Below, one piece after another: positions 46,852-58,337 of a DNA stretch of 64,000 bases. Source of the DNA: a virus; the IMG/VR virus record IMGVR_UViG_3300032087_003094, positions 1 to 64,000 of that record; one strand, 5' to 3'. The stretch's first letter is position 1. Each line of letters begins with the position of its first letter. The notes under the pieces were generated by a model, which had not been told where the DNA came from, ran no database searches, and worked only from the letters and a program-made list of their open reading frames with translations. Position numbers and translations under genes: made by a program.

Positions 46852-47472
46852 ATGCCAAACGCTAAACTAAAATGCTGCAACTGCAAAGATAGGTTCAAGC
46901 GCGAATCTATGACCAAATTACCAGTGGGCAACTTCTGTAGCCAGGATTGCATTGTTGAGTACGCAGCTAATAAGGGCAAGAGGGCAGTTAAGAGGCAAAT
47001 AGCAAAAAAAAAGAAAAAAGACAACCTAGAAAAAAAGCTTTTTAATATTAACGATGTCAAGAAGCAGTTAGAGCTAACACAGCCTGTATTTAACAAGCTT
47101 AGACGATTACAAGAGTTTGAATGGTTCAAGCAAAGAGGTTTGGAGCCTGAGTGTATAAGTTGTGGAAAAAAGAATATGGACTGGTGTAACGGCCATTTTA
47201 AAACGGTAGGCTCTCAGGGAGGCTTAAGGTTCGACCCTATGAACAGTTATTTGCAATGTAATCGATATTGCAACAAAGGGCTAAGTGGGAATATTGAAGG
47301 CAATAAAAACACTCGAGGCTATAAGGTTGGACTGGCTGAGAGGTTCGGCGCTGACAGGGCTAAAGAGATAATAGAATACTGTGAGATTGATCAAGTAAGA
47401 AAGTGGACTGGTCAAGAGCTATTTGAAATGAGAAAAGAATTCAACAAGCAAATTAGAGATTTAGAAGCTTAA
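46852..47472 (+). CDS. ninG: NinG/Rap endonuclease
   Basis: CISCG..NGHFKTVGS..LRFDPMN..QCNRYCN. Confidence 0.9.
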   Translation: MPNAKLKCCNCKDRFKRESMTKLPVGNFCSQDCIVEYAANKGKRAVKRQIAKKKKKDNLEKKLFNINDVKKQLELTQPVFNKLRRLQEFEWFKQRGLEPECISCGKKNMDWCNGHFKTVGSQGGLRFDPMNSYLQCNRYCNKGLSGNIEGNKNTRGYKVGLAERFGADRAKEIIEYCEIDQVRKWTGQELFEMRKEFNKQIRDLEA

Positions 47473-47473
47473 C

Positions 47474-47545
47474 AGCGTCTAGCACTTCCTTTCTGCGGGT
47501 TTTGGCCGAATATCCCAACTCCCGCTTTAGGTTAGGCGTTTTTTT
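47474..47545 (+). terminator. Structured RNA element / terminator
   Basis: Homolog of 6544-6615. Confidence 0.7.
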
Positions 47546-47862
47546 ATATTTTTGATACAATAAAAGAGTTCTGCTGAAACGAGGGGCTGTTTGCCCCACT
47601 AAGCCGCCTTTCCTAACAGATTGGCGGTTTTTTTATCCCTGTTGTATAATTACCTATCTTTTAATCAAGGTGTAAGAACAATGCCGATACAATGGTCAAG
47701 CTATCCGTATTTAATAAACGGTGGCGAATCTCAGAAAACAACAAGACTGTATTGTCTGGGATTGGATCTACCCAACAAGCGATAGCAATTGCTAAGCGTT
47801 ACGGGTTTGTATTGTCAGAGTTAAAGTATATTGATTATTTGAAAGCGGCATAAGGTTTAGGA

Positions 47863-48575
47863 ATGAACGAAGGGAATACTTTGATCCAGATTAGCGGAGA
47901 TAATAAGGGCTCAATACCCTTAATAATTATTTTCCTGCTTGTCACAATTGGCTTGCTTATGTGGGTCACGCTTAGTCTAATCTCTCTGCGAGATACATTT
48001 AAAGAGGCTAAGACGGAGATAAGAATTCTTCAAATGCACATCCAAGACCAAAATGCTATTTTAATTCGAGAGGGCATTAAAAAGCCTGGAGACTCGACAA
48101 CGGGACCAACGGACCCAGATAAGCTAGAGGTTAAAAGTAGTGAGCGCTATTGAATGTAAGATTATTATATGCGGGAATGAGGCTGGAAACGCTTCCCAAT
48201 CATCAAAGGATGTTGTGAGCGATTTAGCCAAAAATCCAGAGCTTGCAAAAAAAGTAATCAGCGTGCAGGAAGATTACGTTGCAAAAATGCACAAGGCGCT
48301 TTCTGAGCTAACGAAAAATGACTGATAAAGCGAGGATTATAACTTATTGGCCGGTCGCTTTAGTTACCGTTGTTCACATTCTTGCAGTTGGCGTTTTGTA
48401 TGGAACATTAACCACTGAAATGCAGACGTTTAACAAGTCGCTTATTAATGTCGTTGATGAGCTAAAAGAGACTAATCGCTCTATACAAGGCTTGAAGGAG
48501 AAAGATATTGAGTTGGGTTTTTTGCAAAAAAGGCTTGATGAAAAAGTTAAGCGGCTAGAGACTAAGCATCCATGA
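47863..48575 (+). CDS. Three small ORFs before the endolysin (47863-48153 TM, 48140-48325, 48318-48575 TM plus coiled coil)
   Basis: Overlapping ORFs with TM segments; holin candidates. Confidence 0.55.
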
Positions 48576-48907
48576 CGCTAGGGCAAAAGCAAAGAAAGTT
48601 CACTTTAATGATTAGCGATTTGATCTGTTGGGCTTATAATCACGGTTACGAGTTAACATTTGGTGACGCTTACAGAGATAGGCGACTGCATGGTAATATA
48701 GGCGAAAAGAAAGCTTACGGCCATAAAAACAGCAACCACAAGCAGCGACTAGCTGTCGATTTTAATCTATTTAAAGATGGCGAATATCTAACCTCAACAG
48801 AATCTCATAAACCCCTTGGTGAATACTGGGAGTCAGTAGGTGGGACTTGGGGTGGTCGATTTAATGACGGCAACCACTACAGCTTAGAGCATAACGGGTA
48901 TAAATAA
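48572..48907 (+). CDS. M15-family peptidase endolysin
   Basis: GDAYR..SNHKQRLAVDFNL..WGGRFNDGNHYS. Confidence 0.9.
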   Translation: MTLGQKQRKFTLMISDLICWAYNHGYELTFGDAYRDRRLHGNIGEKKAYGHKNSNHKQRLAVDFNLFKDGEYLTSTESHKPLGEYWESVGGTWGGRFNDGNHYSLEHNGYK

Positions 48908-49104
48908 TGAATGACATGGTAAAAGATAAATCCGGTAAAGTATGCGCTGCAAAGATAGCGTATTGGATAACATTAATATCATGCCTTGTTAAAATATTCA
49001 TGCAAGAGTCCCCAGATTACTCAGGACTAGCTTTATTTCTATCGCCTGTAGCTGCAACTTACTTCGGGCGTAACTGGTCTAAGGAGCATAAGAAAGATGC
49101 TTAA
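48907..49104 (+). CDS. Putative holin
   Basis: Two TMs; homolog of 8873-9091. Confidence 0.6.
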   Translation: MNDMVKDKSGKVCAAKIAYWITLISCLVKIFMQESPDYSGLALFLSPVAATYFGRNWSKEHKKDA

Positions 49105-49354
49105 AGGTATTTGGTTAAAGGTGGCGGCATTCTTCGCAGCATTAAGTGGTATTCTGTTAGTTTGGGGTAGGCGCCAGCAAAGCCAAAGAGAAAAGGCAGA
49201 GCATGAAGTAAAAATCAAAGACACTATCGAAGAAATCGACGCAGAGCAGGAATTATTCGAGCAGGAATTGAGAAAAGATGAACAAAAACGAATTAATCAA
49301 AAGGTTAAAAACAGCCAGTTTGCTAGTAGGCGTGATCGCGCTTCCAAGTTGTAG
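49097..49354 (+). CDS. Putative i-spanin
   Basis: N-terminal TM plus coiled coil. Confidence 0.65.
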   Translation: MLKGIWLKVAAFFAALSGILLVWGRRQQSQREKAEHEVKIKDTIEEIDAEQELFEQELRKDEQKRINQKVKNSQFASRRDRASKL

Positions 49355-49559
49355 CAGTTTAGAAATAGCTCATAGCGACCTAAATTGCGTACTATATCCT
49401 GATAAATCACTTGCTGATAGAATGAGTGATGAAGAATTAAACTCAATGTCTGACGAAGTGTTTAATAAGGTAGAGATTCATATAATCAGCTACCAAGAGC
49501 GCATGAATACTCAATGTGAAGCAATTAAGAAGCATAATCAATTACACGGTGATAAATAA
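49278..49559 (+). CDS. Putative o-spanin lipoprotein
   Basis: Lipobox LPSC; overlaps the i-spanin. Confidence 0.65.
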   Translation: MNKNELIKRLKTASLLVGVIALPSCSSLEIAHSDLNCVLYPDKSLADRMSDEELNSMSDEVFNKVEIHIISYQERMNTQCEAIKKHNQLHGDK

Positions 49560-50014
49560 TGGCTCAAGGTGATTTTCAACTTTTTGAAGAATTTGCATTA
49601 AGTCTTGGTAGGGGTGACCACGACCTAACTAGTGACACTATTTCTGTAATTCTGATAACTACACTCCCTACAGCCTCCGACACAACGCCAGACAGAGCCG
49701 ATTATACAGAATGCTCAGCTGGAGGAAGTTATGCAACAGGCGGTATAGCTTTAACTAGAACTTACACTGAATCGGGCGGGGTCGGAACCTTTGACTTTAC
49801 TAATGATCCAGAGTGGGCGGCAGCGGCATCAAGTCCAGAAAACATTAAAGCGGCTCTATTTGTTAACGATACGCACACCGGAACGACCGACGCTATAGGC
49901 TTTACAGATCTAACTACCGACAACGGAACGACAGCCATCTCAATGGTGGCAGGCAAAATAAAAGTTGTTGCCAATCCGTCTGGAATGTTTACTGTAACGG
50001 TAAACGCCGCATAA
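49559..50014 (+). CDS. Small virion fibre subunit-like protein
   Basis: TECSAGGSYATGG; similar to 9987-10412. Confidence 0.6.
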   Translation: MAQGDFQLFEEFALSLGRGDHDLTSDTISVILITTLPTASDTTPDRADYTECSAGGSYATGGIALTRTYTESGGVGTFDFTNDPEWAAAASSPENIKAALFVNDTHTGTTDAIGFTDLTTDNGTTAISMVAGKIKVVANPSGMFTVTVNAA

Positions 50015-50015
50015 A

Positions 50016-52091
50016 ATGGCTTTTGTTTCTGGGGCTACCACCAACCCATCAGCATCCTACAACCCTGCTAGCGGCACTAATACAATGCTTGTCTGGGTTA
50101 CTGGTGCTACCGGTGTCGGTACGGCTACAGTTAGCGGTCAAGATTTTGGTGGGACTTCAATGTCCGAGATTGCCAATTCTGACCAATCAGTCGATTTAGC
50201 GGGTAGTGGTGATCCTACAATTGCATCAGCCTTCCTATTAACTCCAGGAACAACAAGCCAAACCTGCTCCCTAACATGGTCTAGCTCTCGCCTAAACGAA
50301 GGCGGCTATGCGTTCACAGTGGGCGATGCTGGAAGTATAACCGGAACATCAGGTGGCACTTATTCAGGTTCAGGAACTACCGAGCCAAGCTTAAGTTACG
50401 ATGCAGAGGACGGTGATACAGTTGTTTATGTTAGGCAGCATTGCCGCGGTGGTGGGGCTATATCATGGACAGCGCCGACCAATTTCACGGAAAGGTCAAA
50501 TATCGCTCTAGTTACAAGTCCTGGACGTCGCTCAATGGCTGTATGGACTCGAGATGTAACAAGTACACTATCTGGCCAAACAGTTCAAGCAGGCGAATCA
50601 GCAGACGGTAACGGCGTTCATCATGTATTCGTTATTAAAAAATTCTCATCTGATGTGACAGCTAATATGACACTAGAGACTATCTCAATCGATAGTTTTA
50701 ACATGTTTGTACTGGCATCAAATATAGCCTCTCTAATCAACACAGTAGACAATTATGAATTAGTCGGAAGTGGAGTGTCTAATTTTGGCGCAGGAGGCTC
50801 AAATACCTCCGATGCTACCTATAGGGATGAAACTGACGAGCTAATCACTATTAGAAATGGCAGTGCAACAGCTGATGTTTATGATTTGGGAAGTTACGGC
50901 ACTGCAACAAAAACCATCACGCTAAACTTTGACGGCTCAGATTGTGAAGGTATTTGCGATATGGGTGGCGGTGAGTTTGCTACTTGCTCAGAGGATGGTG
51001 GAAGATACCAATTTAATATCTATGATTGGCCTAGCGACGTAGGAACGACCGCAACCAGCAAGCAAGAATTCACAATAGCCGCTAATGCCGCTAATAACAA
51101 CAGTCAGCTGGAGGGGATTGGTTACGACCGAGCAAACAAGATATTTTATTTGGTCGGCGAAGGTGAAGAAACTAGTACGGATAGGGAGTTTTTTAAGGTC
51201 TTGCGCCCCGGGGTTAATGGTCGTTTTGGTGATACGTCTACTAGTTATGCTTACAATGATGCGGATGACGGTGACGGATGGTCGCTAGATGATTATATTT
51301 CTCAGCCTTGGGACCCTGAAACGGCTTTTTCATCGTATGGCGCAACGGGTGCGACGTTTGACTTGTCGAGTATTGACTTTGATCACGATTCTGGCAATGT
51401 TTTAATCGCCTCGCACACAGGTCAAAAGGTTTTGCAGGTTGATGTTACTGACGGTTCAGTAGTTGCTGAGGTAGACAATACAGACCTAACCCAAATGGAA
51501 GGAATAGCAATACTTCCAGATGGCAAGCTGATGATGATGGGTGAAGCTGACGAGTATCAAATATTCGAATCAATTACCACAATTAACATGACTACTGCAA
51601 CAATGACAATTCAAGGGCATAATATGACCATTGAAACGGCTGTTGCGGAAGTTATGACGGCTGATTCAGGCAGTTATTCAACAACAGGAACAGATTTAGA
51701 CTTAAGGGCTGGTCGAAAAATATCAGCTGATAGCGGTGCCTACTCTACAACTGGAACAAATATAGACCTAGTTGGAGCGTTTAAGTTGCTGGCCGAGGCT
51801 GGGAGCTACTCAGTATCAGGAACTGATGCAGCTTTATCTAAAGGCTCTCGCCTAGAGGCTGAAACTGGTTCATATTCTTACACTGGCACAGCTTTAGATT
51901 TAGATATTGCTGCAAAAATGACTTTAGATAGTGGATCTTATATAATAACCGGAACAGATATATCTCTTTTAGATGGCGAAAGCCTCTGGACAGACACAGC
52001 TATTACAGAAGTATCTTGGGCAGATACAGCCTTAGATGGCTCTACTTGGACAGATACAACAAGCACGTCAACAACTTGGATTGATTTATAA
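50016..52091 (+). CDS. Fibre protein: N-domain, YjiK-like propeller and repeats
   Basis: Combines domains of 11560-13545 and 10429-11559; WTD-repeat tail. Confidence 0.65.
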   Translation: MAFVSGATTNPSASYNPASGTNTMLVWVTGATGVGTATVSGQDFGGTSMSEIANSDQSVDLAGSGDPTIASAFLLTPGTTSQTCSLTWSSSRLNEGGYAFTVGDAGSITGTSGGTYSGSGTTEPSLSYDAEDGDTVVYVRQHCRGGGAISWTAPTNFTERSNIALVTSPGRRSMAVWTRDVTSTLSGQTVQAGESADGNGVHHVFVIKKFSSDVTANMTLETISIDSFNMFVLASNIASLINTVDNYELVGSGVSNFGAGGSNTSDATYRDETDELITIRNGSATADVYDLGSYGTATKTITLNFDGSDCEGICDMGGGEFATCSEDGGRYQFNIYDWPSDVGTTATSKQEFTIAANAANNNSQLEGIGYDRANKIFYLVGEGEETSTDREFFKVLRPGVNGRFGDTSTSYAYNDADDGDGWSLDDYISQPWDPETAFSSYGATGATFDLSSIDFDHDSGNVLIASHTGQKVLQVDVTDGSVVAEVDNTDLTQMEGIAILPDGKLMMMGEADEYQIFESITTINMTTATMTIQGHNMTIETAVAEVMTADSGSYSTTGTDLDLRAGRKISADSGAYSTTGTNIDLVGAFKLLAEAGSYSVSGTDAALSKGSRLEAETGSYSYTGTALDLDIAAKMTLDSGSYIITGTDISLLDGESLWTDTAITEVSWADTALDGSTWTDTTSTSTTWIDL

Positions 52092-52513
52092 TGGCAACTT
52101 ACACAAAATTTAATCAAACGGTAGCCGATGTAAATAACGGTGTTCATAACATGGGTTCTGACACATTAAAATTTGCATTAACAAACACAGCGCCGGTGGC
52201 TGGAAATACGGTATTTGCGAATATCACTGAAATATCAGCAGGAAACGGTTATACAGCAGGCGGTACAGCGGTAGCAATTACAAGCTCAACCCAAACAGGT
52301 GGGACGTATTCTTTAGTACCTACGGCTGATGTAGTATTCACGGCCTCAGGCGGTAGTATTGGGCCGTTTAGGTATGTAGTTTTATACAATGATACGCCAA
52401 CAAGCCCAGCAGACCCTCTTATAAGTTATTATGACAGAGGTTCATCATTGACCTTGCTAGACACTGAAACCTTTACGGTAGATGTTGGCGCAACCTTGTA
52501 CACATCGAGCTAA
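52091..52513 (+). CDS. Small virion fibre subunit-like protein
   Basis: TEISAGNGYTAGG..IGPFRYVVLYNDT. Confidence 0.6.
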   Translation: MATYTKFNQTVADVNNGVHNMGSDTLKFALTNTAPVAGNTVFANITEISAGNGYTAGGTAVAITSSTQTGGTYSLVPTADVVFTASGGSIGPFRYVVLYNDTPTSPADPLISYYDRGSSLTLLDTETFTVDVGATLYTSS

Positions 52514-52615
52514 TTATGGGAAAAGGTAGCGGCGCAAGAAAATTCACCAAAGAAGGTGCAGACAATTACAGAAGTAATAAATTCTGGGATAGCTTGAAAG
52601 ATGTAAAACAAAGCC

Positions 52616-53159
52616 ATGAAAAGACCGTCAATAAAAAGCCTTGAGAATTACGCATCAAGACCGGTATTGGTTTTTTCAGGCTCGATACTGGTCTTATCAA
52701 TAGCGCTAAATAATATAGGCTTCAAAGGTGTTATAGACGCATGGGTTAAATCAATAGAACACAAGATAGAGCAAAACCCTAGCGATATACAGTTAAAACT
52801 AAACGAACTAGAAAAACGATTAGAAAAAGTGGAACATCTCGCCCACAAAAGCGGAGATAAACAACACGAATAACCGAGAGGACTCGTAACCAATGAAGCT
52901 TCAAAAAAACAAATATGGCAAGAGCTTTTTGGGAGGGTGCTATAAACGTAGCTACCCAAGCAAGAAAGATGCAAAAGTCGCTATGAAATCATCTAGAAAG
53001 GTCGGCAAAAAAAGAATGAAATCTTTCTATCTATGTAAAGCATGCGAAAAATTCCACTTAAGCCATTTAACAACTAAAGAGTTTCTAAGAAAACAGGCCG
53101 ATTATAAATTGATGGATTTTCTTAAAGGCAATTTAGCAGGTGAGAGCCATGGCCGGTAG
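52616..53159 (+). CDS. Two hypothetical ORFs (52616-52873 TM; 52893-53159 basic, Zn-finger-like)
   Basis: KRSYPSKKDA..YLCKACEKFHL. Confidence 0.55.
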
Positions 53160-53526
53160 ACCTACAGAGTGGAGTGAAGAGCTAGAGCAGGAAGCTTGGA
53201 ACTATATCAAAACATTTGCAGAACACGGGCATGCCGTCCCAAGTGTAGTAGGATTGTGCTCAGTATTAAATCGAGGAAAATCAACTATTTACGATTGGGC
53301 TGGTCAAGACGATAAACAATTTTCGGATATATTAGCCGCAATTAAGCAAGAACAAGAGCTTGTAACCTTCAATAAAAGCCTTACAGGGGAGTACAACGCA
53401 ACGATAGCAAAGCTACTACTAGGCAAGCATGGCTACCACGATAAACAAAGCACAGAGCTGTCTGGGAAGGATGGAAACCCCATAGAGATAGATCAGAGCT
53501 GGACGGTAGAGGTGGTAGGCGAATAA
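53149..53526 (+). CDS. terS: Terminase small subunit (DNA-packaging gp3-like)
   Basis: MAGRPT..PSVVGLC..STIYDW..IAKLLLGKHGY; directly before terL. Confidence 0.8.
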   Translation: MAGRPTEWSEELEQEAWNYIKTFAEHGHAVPSVVGLCSVLNRGKSTIYDWAGQDDKQFSDILAAIKQEQELVTFNKSLTGEYNATIAKLLLGKHGYHDKQSTELSGKDGNPIEIDQSWTVEVVGE

Positions 53527-54947
53527 TGCCTAAAATGCAAATCCCTAGAAAGCTCCTACCTTTAATCAAAAAGAAAAAAAGATTCAAAGTGATTATAGGT
53601 GGTAGAGGCTCAGGAAAGTCTCACACTGTAGCCGATATATGCTTAATGGACGCCCAAACAAAAGGAATTAAAACAGGCTGCTTCCGAGAATTCCAAAATT
53701 CAATCAGTGATTCCGTATACTCACTATTAACTGATGAGATAGAAAGATTAGAACTCCAAGGTTTCGAGATACAAAACAACCACATATTAAGAAAGGGGCA
53801 AGAGGCTTTTACGTTTAAAGGGCTGGCCAGAAATCCTGAATCAATTAAATCTATGCATGGTTATGAGCGATTCTTTGTCGAAGAAGCTCAAACTATCAGC
53901 TCCAAGTCGCTTAAGATGTTAACGCCTACTCTAAGGGTAGAGGGTTCTGAGGTCTGGATGGTTGGCAATCCTGCTAGTAGTGCAGACCCTTTTAGCCAAA
54001 GATTCATAGTCCCATTCCAAAAAGAGCTGGATAAGAATGGCTATTATGAAGATGATTTGCATCTAGTTATAGTTTGCAACTATTACGACAACCCATTCTT
54101 CCCCCAAGTATTAGAAGAAGAGAGGGTTTATGATTACGAACATTTAGATAGAGCTGAGTATGATCATATATGGCTAGGCAAATTCAATGACACGGTAGCT
54201 AACGCAATTATTAAGACAGAGTGGTTTGATGCTGCTATTGATGCACACAAGAAGCTTGGATTCAAACCAAGGGGTGCAGTGGTGGCCAGTCATGACCCTA
54301 GCGACACCGGTCCAGACGATAAAGGCTTGGCAATACGCAAAGGCTCAGTATTCTTAGATGTATTAGCTAAAGATTCTGGGGATGTTAATGAAGGTGCTGA
54401 TTGGGCTACAGAAATAGCCATAAATCATAACGCTGACTTGTTTACATGGGATTGTGACGGGATGGGGGTTAGTCTTAATAGACAAATATCATCATCATTT
54501 GATGGCATAAACTGCGAGGTTAGAATGTTTAAAGGCTCCATGGGCGTGGATGACCCAGATCAAATATATGAACCATTAGACAACATCAAAGAGCCAAAAA
54601 CCAACAAAGAAACGTTTAAAAACAAGCGGAGCCAGTATTACTGGAGGCTTAGAGACAGGTTTTACAATACGTATAGAGCAGTTGTTAAGGGTGAATACAT
54701 CGACCCAGATGAACTAATAAGCCTGTCGTCAAACATTAAAGACTTGCAAGCTTTAAGAAGTGAGATTTGTAGAATACCTAGAAAACCAAACGGATCTGGA
54801 TTAATACAAATAATGTCTAAAGATGACATGCTTAAGTTAGAAATACCATCACCAAATATGGCTGACTCTTTAATGATGAGTATGGAGCTTCCCGATATTG
54901 CTGAAAGCTTTGTACCGCTTAACTACCAGTCTATTAGCTATGCCTGA
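53526..54947 (+). CDS. terL: Terminase large subunit, PBSX family
   Basis: GGRGSGKS, CFREFQNSISDSV, FVEEAQ, SPNMADSL. Confidence 0.95.
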   Translation: MPKMQIPRKLLPLIKKKKRFKVIIGGRGSGKSHTVADICLMDAQTKGIKTGCFREFQNSISDSVYSLLTDEIERLELQGFEIQNNHILRKGQEAFTFKGLARNPESIKSMHGYERFFVEEAQTISSKSLKMLTPTLRVEGSEVWMVGNPASSADPFSQRFIVPFQKELDKNGYYEDDLHLVIVCNYYDNPFFPQVLEEERVYDYEHLDRAEYDHIWLGKFNDTVANAIIKTEWFDAAIDAHKKLGFKPRGAVVASHDPSDTGPDDKGLAIRKGSVFLDVLAKDSGDVNEGADWATEIAINHNADLFTWDCDGMGVSLNRQISSSFDGINCEVRMFKGSMGVDDPDQIYEPLDNIKEPKTNKETFKNKRSQYYWRLRDRFYNTYRAVVKGEYIDPDELISLSSNIKDLQALRSEICRIPRKPNGSGLIQIMSKDDMLKLEIPSPNMADSLMMSMELPDIAESFVPLNYQSISYA

Positions 54948-55014
54948 CAATAGTTTTTGTCTATATGCTTTATTATGATAGAATTAACATGTTTAAATCA
55001 CACGAGTTCAGCCC

Positions 55015-57060
55015 ATGCCTAATATGTCAGATCAAGAATTGCTATCAATTATAAGCAATGCTGAATCGCAAGCAGTAATCTATAACGGTGAATTTAGCCG
55101 TATTAACGAAAGACTTCTAAAAGACTACCTCCAAGACCCTTATGGCGACGAGGTGGCCGATCAATCTCAAGTTATATCACCAGACGTTCAAGACGTTGTT
55201 GAGTCCGATATGCCATCATTAGCAAGGGTATTCCTCGGCTCTAGTCAACCGGTAGTGTTCGAACCTAGATCAAACAATGAAGATGAAATAAAAGAAGTCG
55301 AAGAAAAGAATAAGTACGTCAATTATCTAATAATGAATAAGCCTGATTCATATCAAACACTATTCAACTGGATGAAAGATGCAGAAATACAAAAGAACGG
55401 AGTATTAAAATACTTTATCGAGGACTCAAGAAAAACGGAAGAAGTGTCGTATTCTGGAGTTAATGAAGATGAGCTACAACAGATTGTATTAGATTTACAG
55501 CGCGACCAAGTAAAAAAGATTGAAGTAGCATCAAGCTCAGAGGATGAATTTGGGTCATTTGATATTACATTTAAAGTGACTAGAGGCTCACAAGAGCTAA
55601 AGATAATCAATGTTCCTAATGAGCAATTTCTTATATCTAAGAACGCATCAACGCTTGATAATGCCGAATTAGTGGGCGACAAGGTTAATAATAAGACCCG
55701 TGGTCAATTGCTTTCTGAGGGTATTGATAGAGAATTAATTAATCAATTACCTAGGGTGTCGGTGCAAAGAGACAACAATTCAACTCTTAAGAATATCAGG
55801 AATAGAGATACAGGCCAGTCAGTTGAAGGTGAAGAAATAAACGACTGGGCTAACGAGCTGGTAGAAATTACAGACCTTTATGTAATGGTTGATTATGATC
55901 AAGACGGAGTAGCAGAAAGGCGACATATTCTAAAGTCTGGTAACCACATATTAATCAATGAAGCCTTCGATCATGTTCCATACGCCTCATTAAGTTGCTT
56001 ATTAATGCCTCACAAAGCTATCGGCAGAAGTCGAGCAGAGCTTACACAGCAAACACAGAGAGTTAAAACCGTACTAATGCGTCAAACTCTTGACAATATG
56101 TATGCTGTTAATAGGCCTCGAAATGTATTGCATCCCGATGTAAATATCGACGACTACCTACAAATGCGACCTAATGGAGCGGTAAGGCTTAAGTCTAAAA
56201 CTCAAGTTAATCCAGCTAACGCTGTAGTCCCTTTAGTTGTACCCCCTATGATGCAGCAATCACTACAAGTGGTTCAATACATGGACTCAGTAAGAGCGCA
56301 ATCAACAGGCACTTATCTAGCCTCTCAAGGGCTGGATGCTGACTCAATCGCTAAAGAAACAGCCACGAGATTTATGGGCGTACAAGAAAAAGGCGATGAA
56401 AAAATTGAACTAGTGGCCAGAACTATGGCTGAAACTGGATGGAGAAAACTCTATGAGGGTGTCGCTTGGATGGTCTCTCACTTCCAGGATGAAGAAACAG
56501 AGATATTTGTCCTTGGTGAATCTTTAAAGGTCAACCCTTCTGGCTGGCGTTATGAACACTTTGTATCGTCTAAAGTGGGTTTAGGTGCAGGAAGTCCTGA
56601 AAAGATGGTTGAGTCAATGCAGGGTATCTTGGGAATTCAGCAGCAATTACAAGCTGCAGGCTCGCCAATGGTTGACCAAGTTAAGCTGTATAATACGCTT
56701 GATGACATTATTAAAGGTTTAGGCCTTAAGCAGACGGATAAGTTCTTTAATGACCCAGAAAAGCCAGAGCAATTATTATTGGCTGAAAATGAAATATTAA
56801 AAGCTCAGTTATTGCAAACACAACAATTGCTAGAGCAATCACAAAACCCGTTAGCCGAAGCTGAAACTATCAAGGCTCAAGCTAGGCTGATAGAAGCTCA
56901 AGGTAAAAGTGGATTAGAGGCGGCAAAAATAGCAGAGAATGCAAGACAGTTTAATATAAAAACCGCCCAAGATGCTAAACAACATCAAGACGATTTAGTA
57001 TTTGATTTAACTAAGCTGGAAGTTGATAGCGGTGTCAATATTCAAGGGGCCAACGTATGA
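55015..57060 (+). CDS. Portal protein
   Basis: 681 aa after terL; SQVISPDVQDVVE and DYDQDGVAERR motifs. Confidence 0.85.
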   Translation: MPNMSDQELLSIISNAESQAVIYNGEFSRINERLLKDYLQDPYGDEVADQSQVISPDVQDVVESDMPSLARVFLGSSQPVVFEPRSNNEDEIKEVEEKNKYVNYLIMNKPDSYQTLFNWMKDAEIQKNGVLKYFIEDSRKTEEVSYSGVNEDELQQIVLDLQRDQVKKIEVASSSEDEFGSFDITFKVTRGSQELKIINVPNEQFLISKNASTLDNAELVGDKVNNKTRGQLLSEGIDRELINQLPRVSVQRDNNSTLKNIRNRDTGQSVEGEEINDWANELVEITDLYVMVDYDQDGVAERRHILKSGNHILINEAFDHVPYASLSCLLMPHKAIGRSRAELTQQTQRVKTVLMRQTLDNMYAVNRPRNVLHPDVNIDDYLQMRPNGAVRLKSKTQVNPANAVVPLVVPPMMQQSLQVVQYMDSVRAQSTGTYLASQGLDADSIAKETATRFMGVQEKGDEKIELVARTMAETGWRKLYEGVAWMVSHFQDEETEIFVLGESLKVNPSGWRYEHFVSSKVGLGAGSPEKMVESMQGILGIQQQLQAAGSPMVDQVKLYNTLDDIIKGLGLKQTDKFFNDPEKPEQLLLAENEILKAQLLQTQQLLEQSQNPLAEAETIKAQARLIEAQGKSGLEAAKIAENARQFNIKTAQDAKQHQDDLVFDLTKLEVDSGVNIQGANV

Positions 57061-57353
57061 ATGAGATTGAGCAGGCAAGGCAAGCTAAAAGCGACCTTAA
57101 TCGAGCAGAATTAGCTAGACAAGTTAAAGATAATTCAATCTATCAAGAGGCTTTTATGATGTTTAGAGCTGAATTGATGGAGAAATTTACAACAACAAAC
57201 TACAAACAAAGTGATGAGCGCGATGAAATATGGCGCAAAATGCAAACAATTCAATACGTCCAAGACTACCTAGAGGAAGTCATGGATACTGGGAAACTTG
57301 CAAACGAGACTCTTTCTATTTTGGAAAGGGCTAAAAAAACTATAGGATTATAA
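57057..57353 (+). CDS. Hypothetical head-associated protein
   Basis: Between portal and scaffold. Confidence 0.65.
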   Translation: MNEIEQARQAKSDLNRAELARQVKDNSIYQEAFMMFRAELMEKFTTTNYKQSDERDEIWRKMQTIQYVQDYLEEVMDTGKLANETLSILERAKKTIGL

Positions 57354-57354
57354 A

Positions 57355-58335
57355 ATGTTAGACAACCATCTTGGATCTAATGAAGAATCATTATTGAACA
57401 GAATTTCTCAAGTCAGAAACCCATCGGAGCCAAATGAGCCAACCGAAGTGGAAGAAAGCCTTGAGGTTACACCAGAAGAAGTAGAGGCGGAATCAGTCGA
57501 AGAATTAGCAACTGATGAAGTCGAGCTTGAAGCTGAGGAGTTGGATGAGTCAGCACCACAAACTGAAGAATCTGAAGAGTTTTACGTCGATATAGATGGG
57601 CGTGAAATATCCTTTAGTGATATCAAGGAGTGGGAGCAGGGCAACCTAAGACAATCCGACTATACTCGCAAAACACAAGAAGTAGCCGATAAGCGTAAAG
57701 CCTTAGAAGCTCAAGAACAAAGCCTTACTAGTAAAACAGCGGAGCTAGATGAAAAAATAGCAATGCTTGATACTTATATCGCTGAGTTTGACACGTCCGA
57801 AATTGATGGCATGTCACTTGATGAATTGCGAGATCTTGACCCAGGTCAGTACTTGAAGGTAAAAGAAGATCAAGAGAAAAGAAAAGCAGCCTTGGAAGCC
57901 GCCAAGAACTCTCGATCAACTTTATCTAGCGAAGAAATGCAAGCAAAGCAAAACGTTGAACTGTCAAAGCTTATTAAAAACAATCCTCAATGGATTAAAG
58001 ACGGCAAAGAAACCGAAAACTATCAAAACGATATGTCTATGGTTATGAGCTATCTAGATAAGTTAGGATATGATGACGCATCAAAGCAAGGAATCCTGAC
58101 TAATGGTCACGGACAAGTCTTTCTAGATGCAGCAAGGTTCAATGCAAGCAAAAAAGCTAACGCATCAATTGCCAAGAAAGTACGAAAAGCGCCTACGGTC
58201 ACTAAACCAAGTGGAGCAAGTAAGAGTCAGGCAACTTTAGCCCTAGAAAAAGCTAGAGAACACCATAAAAAGGTGGGAACTCCTGAGTCAGCGCTTGCAT
58301 TAAGAAAAGCTCAACGAAAATTTAAAGGTGAATAA
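57355..58335 (+). CDS. Scaffolding protein
   Basis: Acidic N-terminus, LRQSDYTRKTQEVA motif. Confidence 0.85.
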   Translation: MLDNHLGSNEESLLNRISQVRNPSEPNEPTEVEESLEVTPEEVEAESVEELATDEVELEAEELDESAPQTEESEEFYVDIDGREISFSDIKEWEQGNLRQSDYTRKTQEVADKRKALEAQEQSLTSKTAELDEKIAMLDTYIAEFDTSEIDGMSLDELRDLDPGQYLKVKEDQEKRKAALEAAKNSRSTLSSEEMQAKQNVELSKLIKNNPQWIKDGKETENYQNDMSMVMSYLDKLGYDDASKQGILTNGHGQVFLDAARFNASKKANASIAKKVRKAPTVTKPSGASKSQATLALEKAREHHKKVGTPESALALRKAQRKFKGE

Positions 58336-58337
58336 TT